A stretch of DNA of 54,546 nt from Priapulus caudatus. Its lineage: Eukaryota. Below the pieces are notes generated by a model. That model was not told the DNA's origin. It did no database searches and saw nothing but the letters and a program-made list of their open reading frames with translations. Made by a program: the position numbers and the translations under genes. Shown piece after piece: positions 12,055 through 24,699 of this stretch. The stretch is from the NCBI RefSeq assembly GCF_000485595.1, contig NW_014577070.1, forward strand, positions 323,940 through 378,485, in the 5' to 3' direction. Each line of letters starts with the position of its first letter. The stretch's first letter is position 1.

Positions 12055-12823
12055 CTAGAAAGGGCAGTTGTCGCCAACTACATTTATCCCCCGTGTTCTC
12101 CCCAAGATGCGTAAGTATACGAAGTTGGGTCACGCTAGGTCAATTAGGGGCCGAGTTATAGAGCAGAAAAGAAATATGATGAAGGTCAAGGTCAAGGTCA
12201 ATGTCAAATAAAGGTCGCAGTGACCTGGTTTCGGTACGTGACACACCTTCTCCCCAAGATGTGTAAGTATACCAAGTTTGGTCACGCTAAGTCAATTAGG
12301 AGCCGAATTATAGAGCGGAAAGGAAATATGATCAAGGTCAAGGTCAAGGTTAAATAAAAGCCCCAGTGACCTGGTTTTGGTACGTGACACACATTCTCTC
12401 CGAGATGTGTAAGTATACCAAGTTTGGTAGCGCTATGTCAATTAGGGGCCGAGTTATAGAGCGGAAGGGAAATATGATCAAGGTCAAGGTAAAGGTCAAA
12501 TAAAGGTCGTAGTGACCTGGTTTTGGTATGCGACACACTTCCCCAAGATGTGTAAGTATACCAAGTTTGGTAGCGCTAGGTCAATTAGGGGCCGAGTTAT
12601 AGAGTGGAAGGGAAATATGATCAAGGTCAAGGTAAAGGTCAAATAAAGGTCGTAGTGACCTGGTTTTGGTATGCGTGCGCACCTTCTCCCCAAGATGTGT
12701 AAGTATACCAAGTTTGGTAGCGCTAGGTCAATTAGGGGACGAGTTATAGAGTGGAAGGGAAATATGATCAAGGTCAAGGTAAAGGTCAAATAAAGGTCGT
12801 AGTGACCTGTTTTTGGTATGTTT
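12055..12823 (-). mobile_element. Helitron/Helentron-derived non-autonomous element carrying a tandem array
   Basis: minus strand ends in hairpin gtagttg-gcga-caactgc (12064-12081), then CTAG|t at 12055-12058; the array with TGACCTTGACCTT motifs is adjacent; other end lost in the gap. Confidence 0.6.
12097..12823. repeat. about 146-bp tandem repeat, at least 5 copies
   Basis: aagatg anchor at 12104, 12256, 12402, 12545, 12692 (spacing 143-152). Confidence 0.95.
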
Positions 12824-13520
12824 NNNNNNNNNNNNNNNNNNNNNNNNNNNNNNNNNNNNNNNNNNNNNNNNNNNNNNNNNNNNNNNNNNNNNNNNNNNNN
12901 NNNNNNNNNNNNNNNNNNNNNNNNNNNNNNNNNNNNNNNNNNNNNNNNNNNNNNNNNNNNNNNNNNNNNNNNNNNNNNNNNNNNNNNNNNNNNNNNNNNN
13001 NNNNNNNNNNNNNNNNNNNNNNNNNNNNNNNNNNNNNNNNNNNNNNNNNNNNNNNNNNNNNNNNNNNNNNNNNNNNNNNNNNNNNNNNNNNNNNNNNNNN
13101 NNNNNNNNNNNNNNNNNNNNNNNNNNNNNNNNNNNNNNNNNNNNNNNNNNNNNNNNNNNNNNNNNNNNNNNNNNNNNNNNNNNNNNNNNNNNNNNNNNNN
13201 NNNNNNNNNNNNNNNNNNNNNNNNNNNNNNNNNNNNNNNNNNNNNNNNNNNNNNNNNNNNNNNNNNNNNNNNNNNNNNNNNNNNNNNNNNNNNNNNNNNN
13301 NNNNNNNNNNNNNNNNNNNNNNNNNNNNNNNNNNNNNNNNNNNNNNNNNNNNNNNNNNNNNNNNNNNNNNNNNNNNNNNNNNNNNNNNNNNNNNNNNNNN
13401 NNNNNNNNNNNNNNNNNNNNNNNNNNNNNNNNNNNNNNNNNNNNNNNNNNNNNNNNNNNNNNNNNNNNNNNNNNNNNNNNNNNNNNNNNNNNNNNNNNNN
13501 NNNNNNNNNNNNNNNNNNNN
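12824..13520. other. assembly gap
   Basis: N run. Confidence 1.
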
Positions 13521-15359
13521 TTTGACGGATACTTTGACGGATACTTTGCCATTTTGATGTATTGTATATTTGTATGACTTGATGACACAAACTTTTGAAG
13601 CAAGCGACACGATGAGAGAGAGAGATAGTATGCATTCCGTAAGTTTCCACTATTTGGTGGTTAATCAAATCATAATCAGGCGTGGATTAATGATGTTCTT
13701 TTACTAAGTTAATACTAAAAGTCTATAGTATTACATCTACAGTTAGTGTTACTGACATGTTTAAGATTCAAAACGTAACAATGACATAACCGGTGAAGAT
13801 TCGCCATTTTTATAATACGCGCGATCAAAACACAAGGTCATGTGATCAAGTTGGCCAATTTGTCGCCATCGTGAAAATCGAAACGAGTTACCGCAGGACC
13901 GACGCTCAGCACGCCCGACGGTATGGTCACAGGTTTTTATCCGTCGTAGAACGATCCGTCGTGCAAAACGAAAGCTCACTAATAATGTACTAGACAGGGA
14001 CACTTGATCAGCATGCGCAAGATTTGCTATCGGCGTGCAGACTTACGTTACGTGAAATGGGGCCGCTCCAAGAAATGTTATAAGGTAGCCACGCTAATTG
14101 AGTTCATTGCACTCCCGAGTGTTGACACAGCTGAGGAGATACGGTGGGAAGGTATCTCGCTTCCTCGCCACACAGTCACAGCCGCACCTCCTTACAGTCA
14201 TTTACGCACATATACACAGATGCCGATAACAGTGGATAGACACAACAGCGACAAACGTTTACGCAATTTCACCGAGTACAGCTAGTCGCACTACACACAA
14301 CAAGTCTAAATGTGAATAATATATATATCATGTGAAACTATGTTCGACTACAAAAAACTCACACATCTTTAATCCCAAAAATCTGTCCATTTTAAGATCC
14401 CGTGCATATTACGGTGAGCCCATTCCCACAGACCATTCGACACAAGACATCATTCGTGACTTCGCCAATGATGCCAATTGCTCATAATCTACATGCTCCC
14501 ACAGATGACTGATACAACTATATAACACCAACTTAACGGAGGCTCTTTGCTCGTGGCCTCACGCTATTAGCTGCTCCCTCAACGGCAACACCCCCTAGAC
14601 ATCACTTCAAAGTCCCCCCAAACTCCACATATTACCACATAAAACCAAGCAATGTGCGTGGGTGTGTACGTGCAAACGTGCGCGCAATCACTCCTTTTCA
14701 CCCCCATCTCGTCATCTAGATGAGATACCGTTTCGCATCAAGTACCGCAGTGTTTAACGAACTGGAAACGGTGGGAAGCTTTATTCTCCATCGCAAAAGG
14801 GCAAACTGTTTTATGTAATGCGGGAGACATTGCGTCCCACATACTGCGTGCCTCTGTGTCTCGTGGGAATTACGACTATGCATTTTATTTTTTACATTAG
14901 CTTCACCATCAAAGGTTACTGGCGCGCAAAGGCGGCTAAGCATTTTACTCATGTTTACTTATTCATGCCGCAGATCTATCTGTCTGTCTATCTATTCGTC
15001 CATCGGCCTTCGTGGACCATCGTCCATCGTCCATCGGCCATCAGTCGGTCGGTTAGTCACTCATCCATCGCAGTACTCTGAAGATTTTGAGGCATGAACA
15101 TGTATGTAATACTATGTATCCATGTAAGTTAGTTGACTGAAAGCATAGAACGAACTGGAGATGCTTTTTGATTTACATGCCGTTTCCCCCGGGGTGGGCG
15201 AACCGTTGTGTCACGAGCAGGGCACGACGCGAGCAAGAGAAGCCCACGTATTGTGTAGCGAATTACCTTGCGCTGAAACATTATTTACTCCATATATATA
15301 TGAAGGGCCCACGATGAAGGGCCATGATGGGGGAATTGATTTTCAGTTGAATTTGACTT

Positions 15360-15581
15360 GGGTTTTTGATTTTTTGATTTTGTTGGTTTTTGATTTTTTT
15401 GAATTTTTTGTTTTTTTTTGGATTTTTTGTATTTTTTGTATTTTTTGGTTTTTTGTATTTTGTGCATTTTTTTGGTGCTTTTTGTATTTTTGGATGTTTT
15501 TGGATTTTTTGGGTTTTTTGGATTTGGGTTTTTTGGATTTTTTGGGTTTTTTGGATTTTGTTGGGTTTTTTTGGATTTTGG
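15360..15581. repeat. T-rich ttttttgga-like low-complexity array
   Basis: degenerate 9-bp units; source of the F-rich and K-rich spurious ORFs. Confidence 0.85.
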
Positions 15582-15947
15582 ATATATATCTGCGATCTCT
15601 CTCCCTCCCTCCCTTCCTCTCTCTGTGGACCCTGCGCTCTATATGCCCATCGTGATTGAACTGTTGTACGCAATATGACTGTGCCAGGTTAGGAATGAAT
15701 TGAGAATAAGACAGACATCATGCGTTGCGTATAAATCCAAAAAAGGCAAAAAAATGGAAAATCCAAAAAATCCAAAATCCGAAATGGCTGTGTTATTGTG
15801 AATTCATTCCTAACCTGGCACAGTCAGATTGCATAGAAAAGTTAAGGCACTAACAAAATACCCATATACCCAATATGCTTGTCCACTCCACAGACAGACA
15901 GACAGACGGACGGATGGACAGAGATCGCAGATATATATATATATAGA
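15582..15947. mobile_element. two inverted copies of a Helitron/Helentron-like end module
   Basis: 15582-15718 (atatatatctgcgatctct...gactgtgccaggttaggaatgaatt) is inverted at 15784-15940; right copy has a GACA/GACG microsatellite and a minus-strand a|TCTATATAT terminus. Confidence 0.5.
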
Positions 15948-15949
15948 TA

Positions 15950-16377
15950 CATATATGCACACACGCGCACACGCACACGCACGAACGTATATACGCACGC
16001 ACGCACGCATCTTTCGCGACTGCGCCATACAGCGGCGGTGCAGGCGTTATTCGTAAGTTTCTGCCAACAAGCCATCTCTTATTCATAGGTCGTAGGGTCA
16101 TTAATCAATTATTTCTTTCCTGAAGTAGTCGGCCGGTGTGCTTTTTGGAGGCATAATTTCTGTCCACTTGCAAGGTGATAGACAAACTAGCGAGGCGGCA
16201 CGTTTCCCACACGGTACACGTATATATAGGAACAAACAATTGCGCAAATAAATACTGCACTGTCTCTGGACGGCAACCCCTAGAGCAATCACAGCAGGGT
16301 TTCTCATCTCACAACTCCTCACTGCCTGCCGTATGTCTCCCTCTCTCTCTCACAATCTCTCCTGGTTTTTGTGTGAT
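15950..16377 (+). repeat. direct duplicate of about 25760-26215
   Basis: shared gaacgtatatacgcacgc...ttcctgaagtagtcggccggtgtg...tctcatctcacaactcctcactg; the second copy has many small indels. Confidence 0.9.
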
Positions 16378-18321
16378 TGGTTCACTGAAGTTCCGTCAAG
16401 ATTCACTGATATACGTGGCTCCCAGTCGGTTCTTGATATANNNNNNNNNNNNNNNNNNNNNNNNNGCACCAGACTTTGATAATTTTAAATATGGGGACCC
16501 ATTGGACTACCAAATCGCCGATCTCAGGAACTAGGGCATTCTGCTATGTTAGAACGGTTTCCTACGATAGAGTTTGCCACAAATACGAAAATAACACGCT
16601 GTTTAGCGCACTGCACTACGTCCTTCTGTTGCATTTTCGCATCTCCGTAATCAGAATAGGCCCAGCCTTCTTCGCTGATGGACATGAATGGGGCGTCACC
16701 GACGTGACCAGTTACTGTACAGTTAGGTACCTACTGTCTTTCGCCAGCCTGTTTACTTTTCGTAAATAATGAAATGCCCGGCCGATGCATTTCGCATCGA
16801 AGTGGAACATTTTCGGCATTTTCACTCGCAGTCAGAAGTGAACGAGTGCGTCATTCATTAATTGCGTCATAACATTGAAGTTTTTCTTCAAATTAAATAA
16901 TTCTGAAAATCCCTAACCGCGCTACTTTGCATGATTGTTTTAGCCAATGAACGTAGCTGTGTGTGTGACGTCTTGCCCGCACGCTTTATGCTTGGCTTAG
17001 CGGGCCTCGAAATGGATATCGGCGGCTGGCACCTCGCAACACACGTGTTTGTTTACATATAGCTTTGTGACGTAGGGTGTTCGGGAGTTCTGCAATGATA
17101 TTTAACCTCGTAATTTCTCAGCATATCTTAAGGTGCATGGAACATTTTACCAATTTAGTGATGTCAGTTAGTCACGGATATGTCACAGTGAGTAAGTACT
17201 AACCGTATATTTTTCACATACGTTCACCTTTTTGCACTCAGGCGGTCGATCATTGTGAAAAATTGTGTGAATTTTTATTTTTATTGAGACGTTCCAAGCG
17301 CCTGTGCTTTCAACAGTCTTGTACGTCATGCAATGCACGTGCGTCAAGAGCCACAAACTCAACACAATTTCATCTTTGTTATTGTTTACGCCTGAATGCG
17401 TGAATGATCAGGGAGGGGGTGCATGTAAGAAGGAGACATTTTCTTTGGGGTTCCGAAAAACAAAATTCCACTTGACAATTTCATGGGCCATTTCAATTGG
17501 AAGCTCTGCATAATGGACCCCCAACAAGCCCTTTGACTGACTAGTCAAGAAATTCAAAGGTCTGTATATTGCTCTTATTTAGCCCTCTATATAGGTACGT
17601 TTAATAGTGAAAATAGATACTACGTTGAACGATATCATAGTTTCACTCTCACAGATGGTTTCCTCTGCTATGTACTCTGCAAAACCACTGGAGTTAGGCA
17701 CTGTATGCTCACTGGCATACATGGTATAGGCTCGTTTGCATACCATCTCTCCAAGCACCTAGCAGAGATTTTTTCACCACTCACGGGTGCGAGTGAGCAT
17801 ACAGTGCCTAACTCCAGTGGGTTTGCAGAGTACATAGCAGAGCAAACCATCTGTGAGAGTGAAACGTAGTAGTATCTCTTTTCACTAACGTACCTATAGA
17901 GGGCGCATGCCAGACAGCCCTACATCGCATGCAGACGGACAACAGCCTAACAGCCCGCACCGCTTTCTCTCCTGCATGAGCACGTACGTCACCAAGCTCC
18001 TCGAGTTCGTCCTACGGTCTACATACTTCCTCTATAACGGCTCGTACTACGAGCAGATGGAGGGGGCAGCCATGGGCAGCCTGGTCTCGGCCGTCGTGGC
18101 CAACTTGTACATGGAGAGTTTTGAACAGGAAGCTCTACTCACCTGCCCCCCCTCTTGCAAACCGCGGGTATGGAAGAGATACGTTGATGACACATTTATC
18201 ATAGTCCCTAATGCAGAAGCGGAGAACCTGCTCAAACACATGAACAGCCACCGACAATCCATCCAGTTCACAGCGGCGGCAGAATGTGAAGGGAAGATAG
18301 CTTTCCTGGACACACTAGTAC
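16377..18321 (+). repeat. direct duplicate of 30889-30953 plus 32976-34801, joined at a 25-N gap
   Basis: near-identical sequence on both sides of the gap 16441-16465. Confidence 0.92.
17721..18321 (+). pseudogene. Penelope-like element reverse transcriptase fragment (copy 1, 5' part)
   Basis: LLEFVLRSTYFLYNGSYYEQMEGAAMGS, ANLYMESFE, WKRYVDDTF (YVDD 18180-18191), IQFT...IAFLDTLV are canonical PLE RT motifs; frameshifted upstream and broken at 18321. Confidence 0.92.
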
Positions 18322-18344
18322 CCCCCCTATCATGTTGCAAGAAA

Positions 18345-18440
18345 AATGGGAAAGAAGAAGAAAAAGAAAAAGAAAAGAAAAAAGAAAAAAGAGAGAAAAG
18401 AAAAAGGAAAAGAGAAGAGAAGAGAAAAAGGAAAAAGGAA
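18345..18440. repeat. A/G-rich low complexity
   Basis: gaaaa runs giving the KE-rich tail of ORF 17907..18572. Confidence 0.85.
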
Positions 18441-19224
18441 CATCTTGCAATGTTCTGGCAAATGTGGTGGGGTGGGGGTCACCCCCCCCCCTTCATTTGC
18501 AAGGAAAAGGGTAAAGAAGAAGAAATATTCTTGCCAAATAATAGCCGGGGGGATCGCCCAAAGATGAGCTGATGCTACCCTACAGCTGGACCACTTCATC
18601 GAAAATCGAAAAATTAGTTTCGAAATTCAACGATCCATATAAAAACCTGTGCGTAATTGATAATCGATATCAAGGCTGTTATTTTCCTTGGGAGTCCCAA
18701 GTTCGGGCACCATCATTTGTCGATGATGCTCTTTCCCGGCGGAAAGGTAGTGCCGTGGTGCGTGCGTGCGTCGTGCTCGTGCGTGCGTGCACGTGGCTGT
18801 GACGCGATCGAATATTAGCGCGTACAGCGAGCGAGCGCCTAGCCACAGGCCGGCTGCTGCTGACAGCTGAGCGTCGCCTGCCGATGAGCATACATTGTAC
18901 CGCTGCGCGTAATATCGGCGTTTATTCGTGTGTTCGCCCCTGTGAGTCGTATGGCGTTATGGCGTTCATGTCGTGGCCGGAGGTATGCTCTCTCCGTGCA
19001 GTGCCCTTCTGTTCTAGTTTTAGTTAGTGTGTGTCATGCGCACGGCGCGCGCTGTGTGTGTGTGTGATGTGTGTGTGGTGTGTGTGTGTGTGTGTGTGTG
19101 TGCGTGTGCGGCAGTTCATCTCTCTCCGGGTCATGTTTTTTCTCTCCTCTAGCTAATACAACAATGGTATTGTTCAAGTGCCTTACTAGCATAGATTTTT
19201 AAAGCAAAGCATGTTCCCCCCACA

Positions 19225-19482
19225 GCTTCCGGAGACCCCTCTTTTAAACGTGTCCAGTTTCATAGCATTGAATTTCAACGAAAATCCATAGCCTAGTTCG
19301 GAGACCCCCATTTCGAAGCATAGCCGGTTCAGAGCATACCACATTCAACAAACATTAGTTCCAGGAGACCACCATTTTTAGGTCCTGAGTTTAGTTCCAG
19401 AGCCCCCCGCCCCCTTTTAACTTCGCTAGGGGCACATACCAGATACCAACCATAATGTGGGGCGATGTGCCCCCCCCCCGGG
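19225..19482. mobile_element. DNA-transposon subterminal region ending in GTGCCCCCCCCCCGGG
   Basis: repeated ttc(c)ggagaccc motifs (about 19228, 19297, 19359, 19394) followed by a CCCGGG-type end; partner end not found. Confidence 0.3.
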
Positions 19483-20762
19483 AGTTTCATTTCCTGTATA
19501 TGTTGCTTCTTGGTTCCTGCCACAATTTTTGTTGCTCAGCAATTTTAGGGCTTTGATTTAGGTAAACTCTGAGAGCTTTCCCGGCCCCTGCCACCGGGCT
19601 CTGCCCTGACCCGGCCAGGGGCACTAAGGGGGGCCCCTGGGGCCGGGATTTCATCAACTGTTTGCGCCGCCGCAAATCGTGAGTTTATCGGTATACAGAG
19701 TTTCTACGAAGTACGTACCGCAAATCGCGCCGTCAGGGTGCGATTCATCAACGCAGCGTAGCACCTGCGCTACGCAAATGTTGATGATTCCGTCCTGGTC
19801 TTAAATTCAACTACGCCTCGTAAGAGCTGCTGGCTGTTGAGGTGCGTGCCTGCATAAACCAATCACACTGTGCGACACAATACCATTAGGAACCAAACTG
19901 ATTGCCCTCTCTTGTTTATGTAAAACCATATGGCTCGAAGCTGTCTACAGGAAGTGGCTGGGGGATGCTGATAGTTGTCCTCATTCGTTGGGTATGATTG
20001 TGTTCAACACTCGATGCAAAGCAGCGACACGTACGCGTGCGTGCGTGCGTGAGTCACGTTACACGTGCGTGCCTTGCGTGTGTGTGCACGTACACGTGAG
20101 CGTGCTGTGTGCCACGTACACGTGCGGTGTGTTGTTCACGTAACACTGCGTGCCTTGCGTACGTACACGGTGCGTGCGTCTCTCTACGGCTGGTGCGTAC
20201 GTACACGTGCGTAGCTTGTGTGCACGTTACAAATGCGTGCGTGTGCACGCTACAAGGCGCACGGCCCCTGTGTGCACGTACACGGCTAACTACGAAACTC
20301 GTTATAAACGAAACACCAATGCTAAGCTATGAAACAAAAAAAAACCGTCAAAGGCGCCCGCCTGTCTGTTGTAGTATCGTAATTTATTTATTTATTTTTA
20401 GTTGATAGTAATTTATAATGTTTCTCGAATAAAATAATGCATGCTGCGGGTTATGCTGGATAACACCTGCGAAATTTCGAGTGTTGTACGGCACCTCGTC
20501 ACTCGTGTAAAGTTACGCCCAAAGGTTTACGTAATTTGACTTGATGATCGCACCTAAAACGGCCTCGCTTGCGTTACGCGAAATCGTACGAAAATATTAC
20601 TAAATACTGTGTGATGGAATCGCCAACTAAGCAACGTCGATTGGCGTACCACAAGATTTTACGCAAATATTTTTGCGTTACGCAGCTTGATGAATTATGA
20701 ATCTTACCCCATGGACCCACCCGTCAGTGCAAGCGCACACGTCTATCAGATTCTACAGTTCC

Positions 20763-20958
20763 CAGGGGCGTGGACATACAGGGGGGGTCCAGGGGTCCGA
20801 CCACCCCTACACGCGTAGCAAAACGCATCTGAGGGGGGGTCTAAGTTTCAAAAATTCGCCTGGGGGAGAGCCCCCCAAGACCCCCCCTTCGGTGTGTTGT
20901 TCCGTAAATGCCCCCTGGTTTCGCCCCCCCTAAGGAAAATACCCTGGCGCCGCCCCTG
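20763..20958. mobile_element. hAT-like MITE
   Basis: CAGGGGCG...CGCCCCTG termini and internal G/C runs; no matching 8-bp TSD. Confidence 0.55.
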
Positions 20959-21080
20959 TAATATATATACTACTATTACCCGTCGCCTCCAGACGGGTTT
21001 GAGTGGGGTCTGATTTGCAGGATGCGCGGTTTAACCATTATCTCTCACTTTAGTTGCGAGATGTATTGTATGCGTGGCTA

Positions 21081-24000
21081 GGACTGCCATAAGGAAAACT
21101 TTAAAAAAAAAAAATAATAATAAAAATTAAATAAAATTGAAATGAAAATGAAATGAAAATGAAATGAAAATGAAATAAATGAAACAAATTTGAAATGTTT
21201 TTCACCAGTGGCTATCGCTGCCCATAGACTAGTACTCACTCCCCACCTCGATACCCATTGATGTAACTAAGCCGAGAAGGTGAGACCGGTACCAGTTCGT
21301 ATTGCGCGATGGCCACTGTGGAAAATGAAATTTGAAAATGAAAAACCAAAATTGAAATGTATTTCACAGTGTGGCCTATCGCTGCCAGACTGGTACCCGG
21401 TCCCACCTCTCGGCTTAGCTTACCAAATTGGTATCGAGGTCGGGAATGAGTACAGTCTATGGCAGCGATAGGCCACTGCTGATTCGTGAAAAACATTGTT
21501 TCAATTTTGTTTCATTTTCATTTCTTTTCACAGTGGCTATCGCTGGCGCCATAGCCCACAATGCACTCCTGTGACCATCAAGACCACAAATTGCAGGAGG
21601 CTGACCGTAGGAAGGAGGAAAGGGAGAGGGTGCGCTAGAGGAAGGAGGAGGGGAGAAGGGAGAAGGGTTGGGAGAAAGAGCGAGGGGAGAAGGAGGAGGG
21701 GAGAGGGAGAAGTGGTGGGAGAAAGGAGGAGGGGCAGAAGCTTGGGTGGAAAGGAGGAGGGGGAGAAGGGAGAAGGTGGTGGGAGGAGGGGGAGAAGCTG
21801 GTGGAGAAGGAGGAGGGGAGAAAGCTGGGTGGAGAAGGTAGGAAGGGAGAAGCGGAGGGGGAGAAGGTTAGCTGTGTGAGGAGGAGGGGGAGAAGGAAAG
21901 CTGGTGGAGAGGGAGGAGGGCGAGAAGCTGGCTGGGAGGAAGGAGGAGGGGAGAAAGAGAAGTTGGATGCAGAAGGAGGAGGGCGAGAAGCTGGTGGACG
22001 AAGGAAGAGGGGAGAAGGGAGAAAGTGTGTGGAGGAGGGGGAGAAAGCTGGTGGGGAAAGGAGGAGGGAAGGGAAGCTGGTGGAGGAGGGAGGGGCGAGA
22101 AGGGGAGAAGGGATAAGGAAGGGGAAGGACTGGGGGAGGAGGAAGGGGCGGAAGAGAGAAGGGCGGCACCGCCGCAAGGGTGCGGCGGGCCCGGCGGGGA
22201 GGCAGGCCGGCGGCCGCACCGAAGCGGCCCTCGGGTGGAGCAAGGAGGGAGAGGGAGGCACCCAGGGAGGCAGGGGGAAGGTGGTGGCGGGGAGCGCAGA
22301 GGGCAGGGTGCGCAGGAATGCTCCCGGGCGCTGGTGAGCTAGAAGGAGGAGGGCGCGAGAAGCTGGTGGAAAAAGGAGGAGGGGAGAAGCGTCGGTGGCG
22401 AAATGAGGAAGCGGGGGAAAGGAGAAAGTGGTGGAGGAAGGAAGACGTGGAGAACTGGTGGCGCCGGCCCGAGCAACGGGGAGGAGGGGGAGAAGCTGGT
22501 GCGGGCCGTGCGGGAGGAGTGCAGGAAGGCCGGAGCAAGCGCGACGAGTCGGTGCGGAGAATGGAGCAAGGCGGGGAGAAGAGGGACGACAGCTGCGGTG
22601 GAGAAGGAGGTGCGGGAGGGAGAAGCTCGTCGGAGAAGAGGAAGGCGGGCAGGAAGCGCGGAGCCAGAGTGGGTGGTGGAGAAGGCAGAAGGGAGGAAGC
22701 TGCAGCTGGAGAAGGAGGAGAGGGAGAAGGGCCGAGAAGGTCGGTAGAGAAGGAAGAGGGGAAAAGGAAGGAAGGTGGTGGGGAGGAGGAGGGAGAGAAG
22801 CTGGTGGAGAAGGAGCGGAGGGGAGACGGTGGTGGAGAAAGGGAGGAGGGGAGAAATGGCTGGTGGCAGAAGGAGGAGGCGGGGAGGAGAAGGGAGAAGG
22901 CGGCGTGGAGTGAGGGGGAGAAGCTGGTTTGAGAAGGAGAAGGGGAGAAGCTGGTGGAGAAGGGACCGGGAGAGGAGAGAGGGGGAGAAGAGGAGCTGGT
23001 GGTGGAGGCAGGCGGGAGGGGGTAGAAGCTGGTAGAGAAGAGGAAGGGGAGAAGGGGAGGGGGAGTAGGGATGCTGGTGGAGGCAGGTAGGGGGAGAAGG
23101 AGAAGCTGGTGGAGAAGGAGAAGGGGGAAAAGCTGGTCGAAGGTTGCCTCCTTCTCCGACCAGCTTCTCCCCCTGCTTCCTTCGGTCCACCAGTTTCTCT
23201 CCTCCTGCCACCCAGCTTCTTCGCTTCTCCCCTCCTCCTTCTCCAGCAGGTTCTGCCCATCCCTTCTCCCTTTCCTCCTTCTCCACCAGCTTTCTCCCCC
23301 TCCTCCTCTCCACCAGCTTCTCCCTCCTCCTTCTCCACCAACCTTCTCCCTGTCCCACGTTCCTCCTTCTCGCCCAGCTTCTCCCCGCTCCCCTCCACAA
23401 CCTTCTCCCTTCTCCCCCTCCTCCGTCCACCAGCTCCAACTTCTCCCCCTCCTTATCCCCTTCTCCCTTCTCCCTCCTTCCGTCCACAAGCTCCTTCTCC
23501 CCCTCCTGCTCTCCTTCCTTCCTTCATCCACTCAGGCTTCGTCCCCTCGCTCCGTTTTGCACCAGCTATCTCCCCGCTCGTCGCACCACCTTCTCGCCTT
23601 GCTCCCCCCTCTTGCTCACCAACCTTCTCCCCTCCTTCTTCTGCACCACGCTTCTTCTTTCTTCCCCCTCCTCCTTCGTCCACCAGCTTCTCCCCCTCTC
23701 CTTCTCCACCAGCTTCTCCCTGTCTCCCCCTCCTCCGTCCACCAGCTCCCTTCGCCCCTCCTTTTCTTCCCCTCTCCTCCTTCGTCCACCAAGGTCTCCC
23801 CTCCTCCTTCTCACCACCTTCTCCCTTCTCCCCTCCGCCTTCTCACACCTTCTCCCTTCTCCCCTCCTCCTTCTCTACCACCTTTCAACCTTCTCCCGTT
23901 CTCCTTCATCCACCAGCCTCCTGCATTGTGGTCTGATGGTACAGAGATGCATTGTGGGCATGCAGGCGAAGGCCATGGGGAAAAATGGAAATGAAAATGA

Positions 24001-24371
24001 AACAAAAATTGAAATGTTTTTCACAGTTGGCTATCGCTGCATAAGACTGGTAACCCGGTCCCCCACCTCTCGGCTTAGTTTACTCGATGCGGTATCGGAT
24101 GCGGAGTTGACGTACCAGTCTATTTGGCCAGCGAATTTAGCCACTGTGAAAAACATCTTCAATTTTGTTTCATTTTCATTTTCATTTTCATTTCATTTAA
24201 TTTTTTTAATTTTTGTAATTTTGCCATTTTCATTTTTATTTCATTTTCATTTCATTTTCATTTTTTTTTTCATTTTCATTTCATTTTCATTTCTATTTTC
24301 ATTTCATTTTCATTTATTAATTTTATATTTTTTTATTTTATTTTTTTATTTTCTTATGGCCCGAGTCCCTG
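21081..24371. repeat. 3.3-kb fold-back with purine-arm and pyrimidine-arm minisatellite
   Basis: gccataaggaaaa/(gaaat)n at 21086-21200 inverted at 24160-24360; 21545-21603 inverted at 23913-23970; about 25-bp ggggagaagctggtggagaagga units 21610-23140 switch to their complement at about 23143-23915. Confidence 0.85.
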
Positions 24372-24699
24372 AGGCGCCACCATAGCACGCTGTAGGCTTT
24401 ACAGTAAACGAAAAATACTGATATTTAGGGACTCCGAGGTCATATATCAATATGGTTTGTTTGAAAAAAAGTGTCTCCACATATAATATTAAATCGTGAA
24501 ATTTTTACCTTTTAAAATGACATGTGAATTTTTCCAAAAAAAGGGGAAATGAGGTGATTTCATAGTACAATTTGACTTCATTTAGATATTTTTTTTGAAA
24601 AATATATATTCTGCGTTTAGAAGCATGAAATAATAAGTCGACATTTCTGAACAAAAAATTCGTATGAGTATTTGAACGATGATATTGTTGCTTGAAAGC

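Noticed and set aside
12097..12823. Regular repeat as a CRISPR array
   Set aside because: Whole units repeat with no unique spacers, no cas genes, and the context is eukaryotic.
3552..13668. ORFs of 235-390 aa spanning N runs
   Set aside because: Their length comes from X residues in gaps and flanking microsatellites.
15161..15678. F-rich membrane-like and K-rich ORFs
   Set aside because: Translations of the T-rich low-complexity array.
16492..17522. Putative element with GGGGACCCATT/AATGGACCCCC termini
   Set aside because: TIR is short and imperfect, there is no TSD, and homology among copies (32905, 52413) extends beyond the left end.
21496..24385. Long ORFs (664, 587, 413, 382 aa) rich in P/S/L or G/E/R
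   Set aside because: They are open in several frames on both strands because the purine/pyrimidine minisatellite lacks stop codons; no domain signal.
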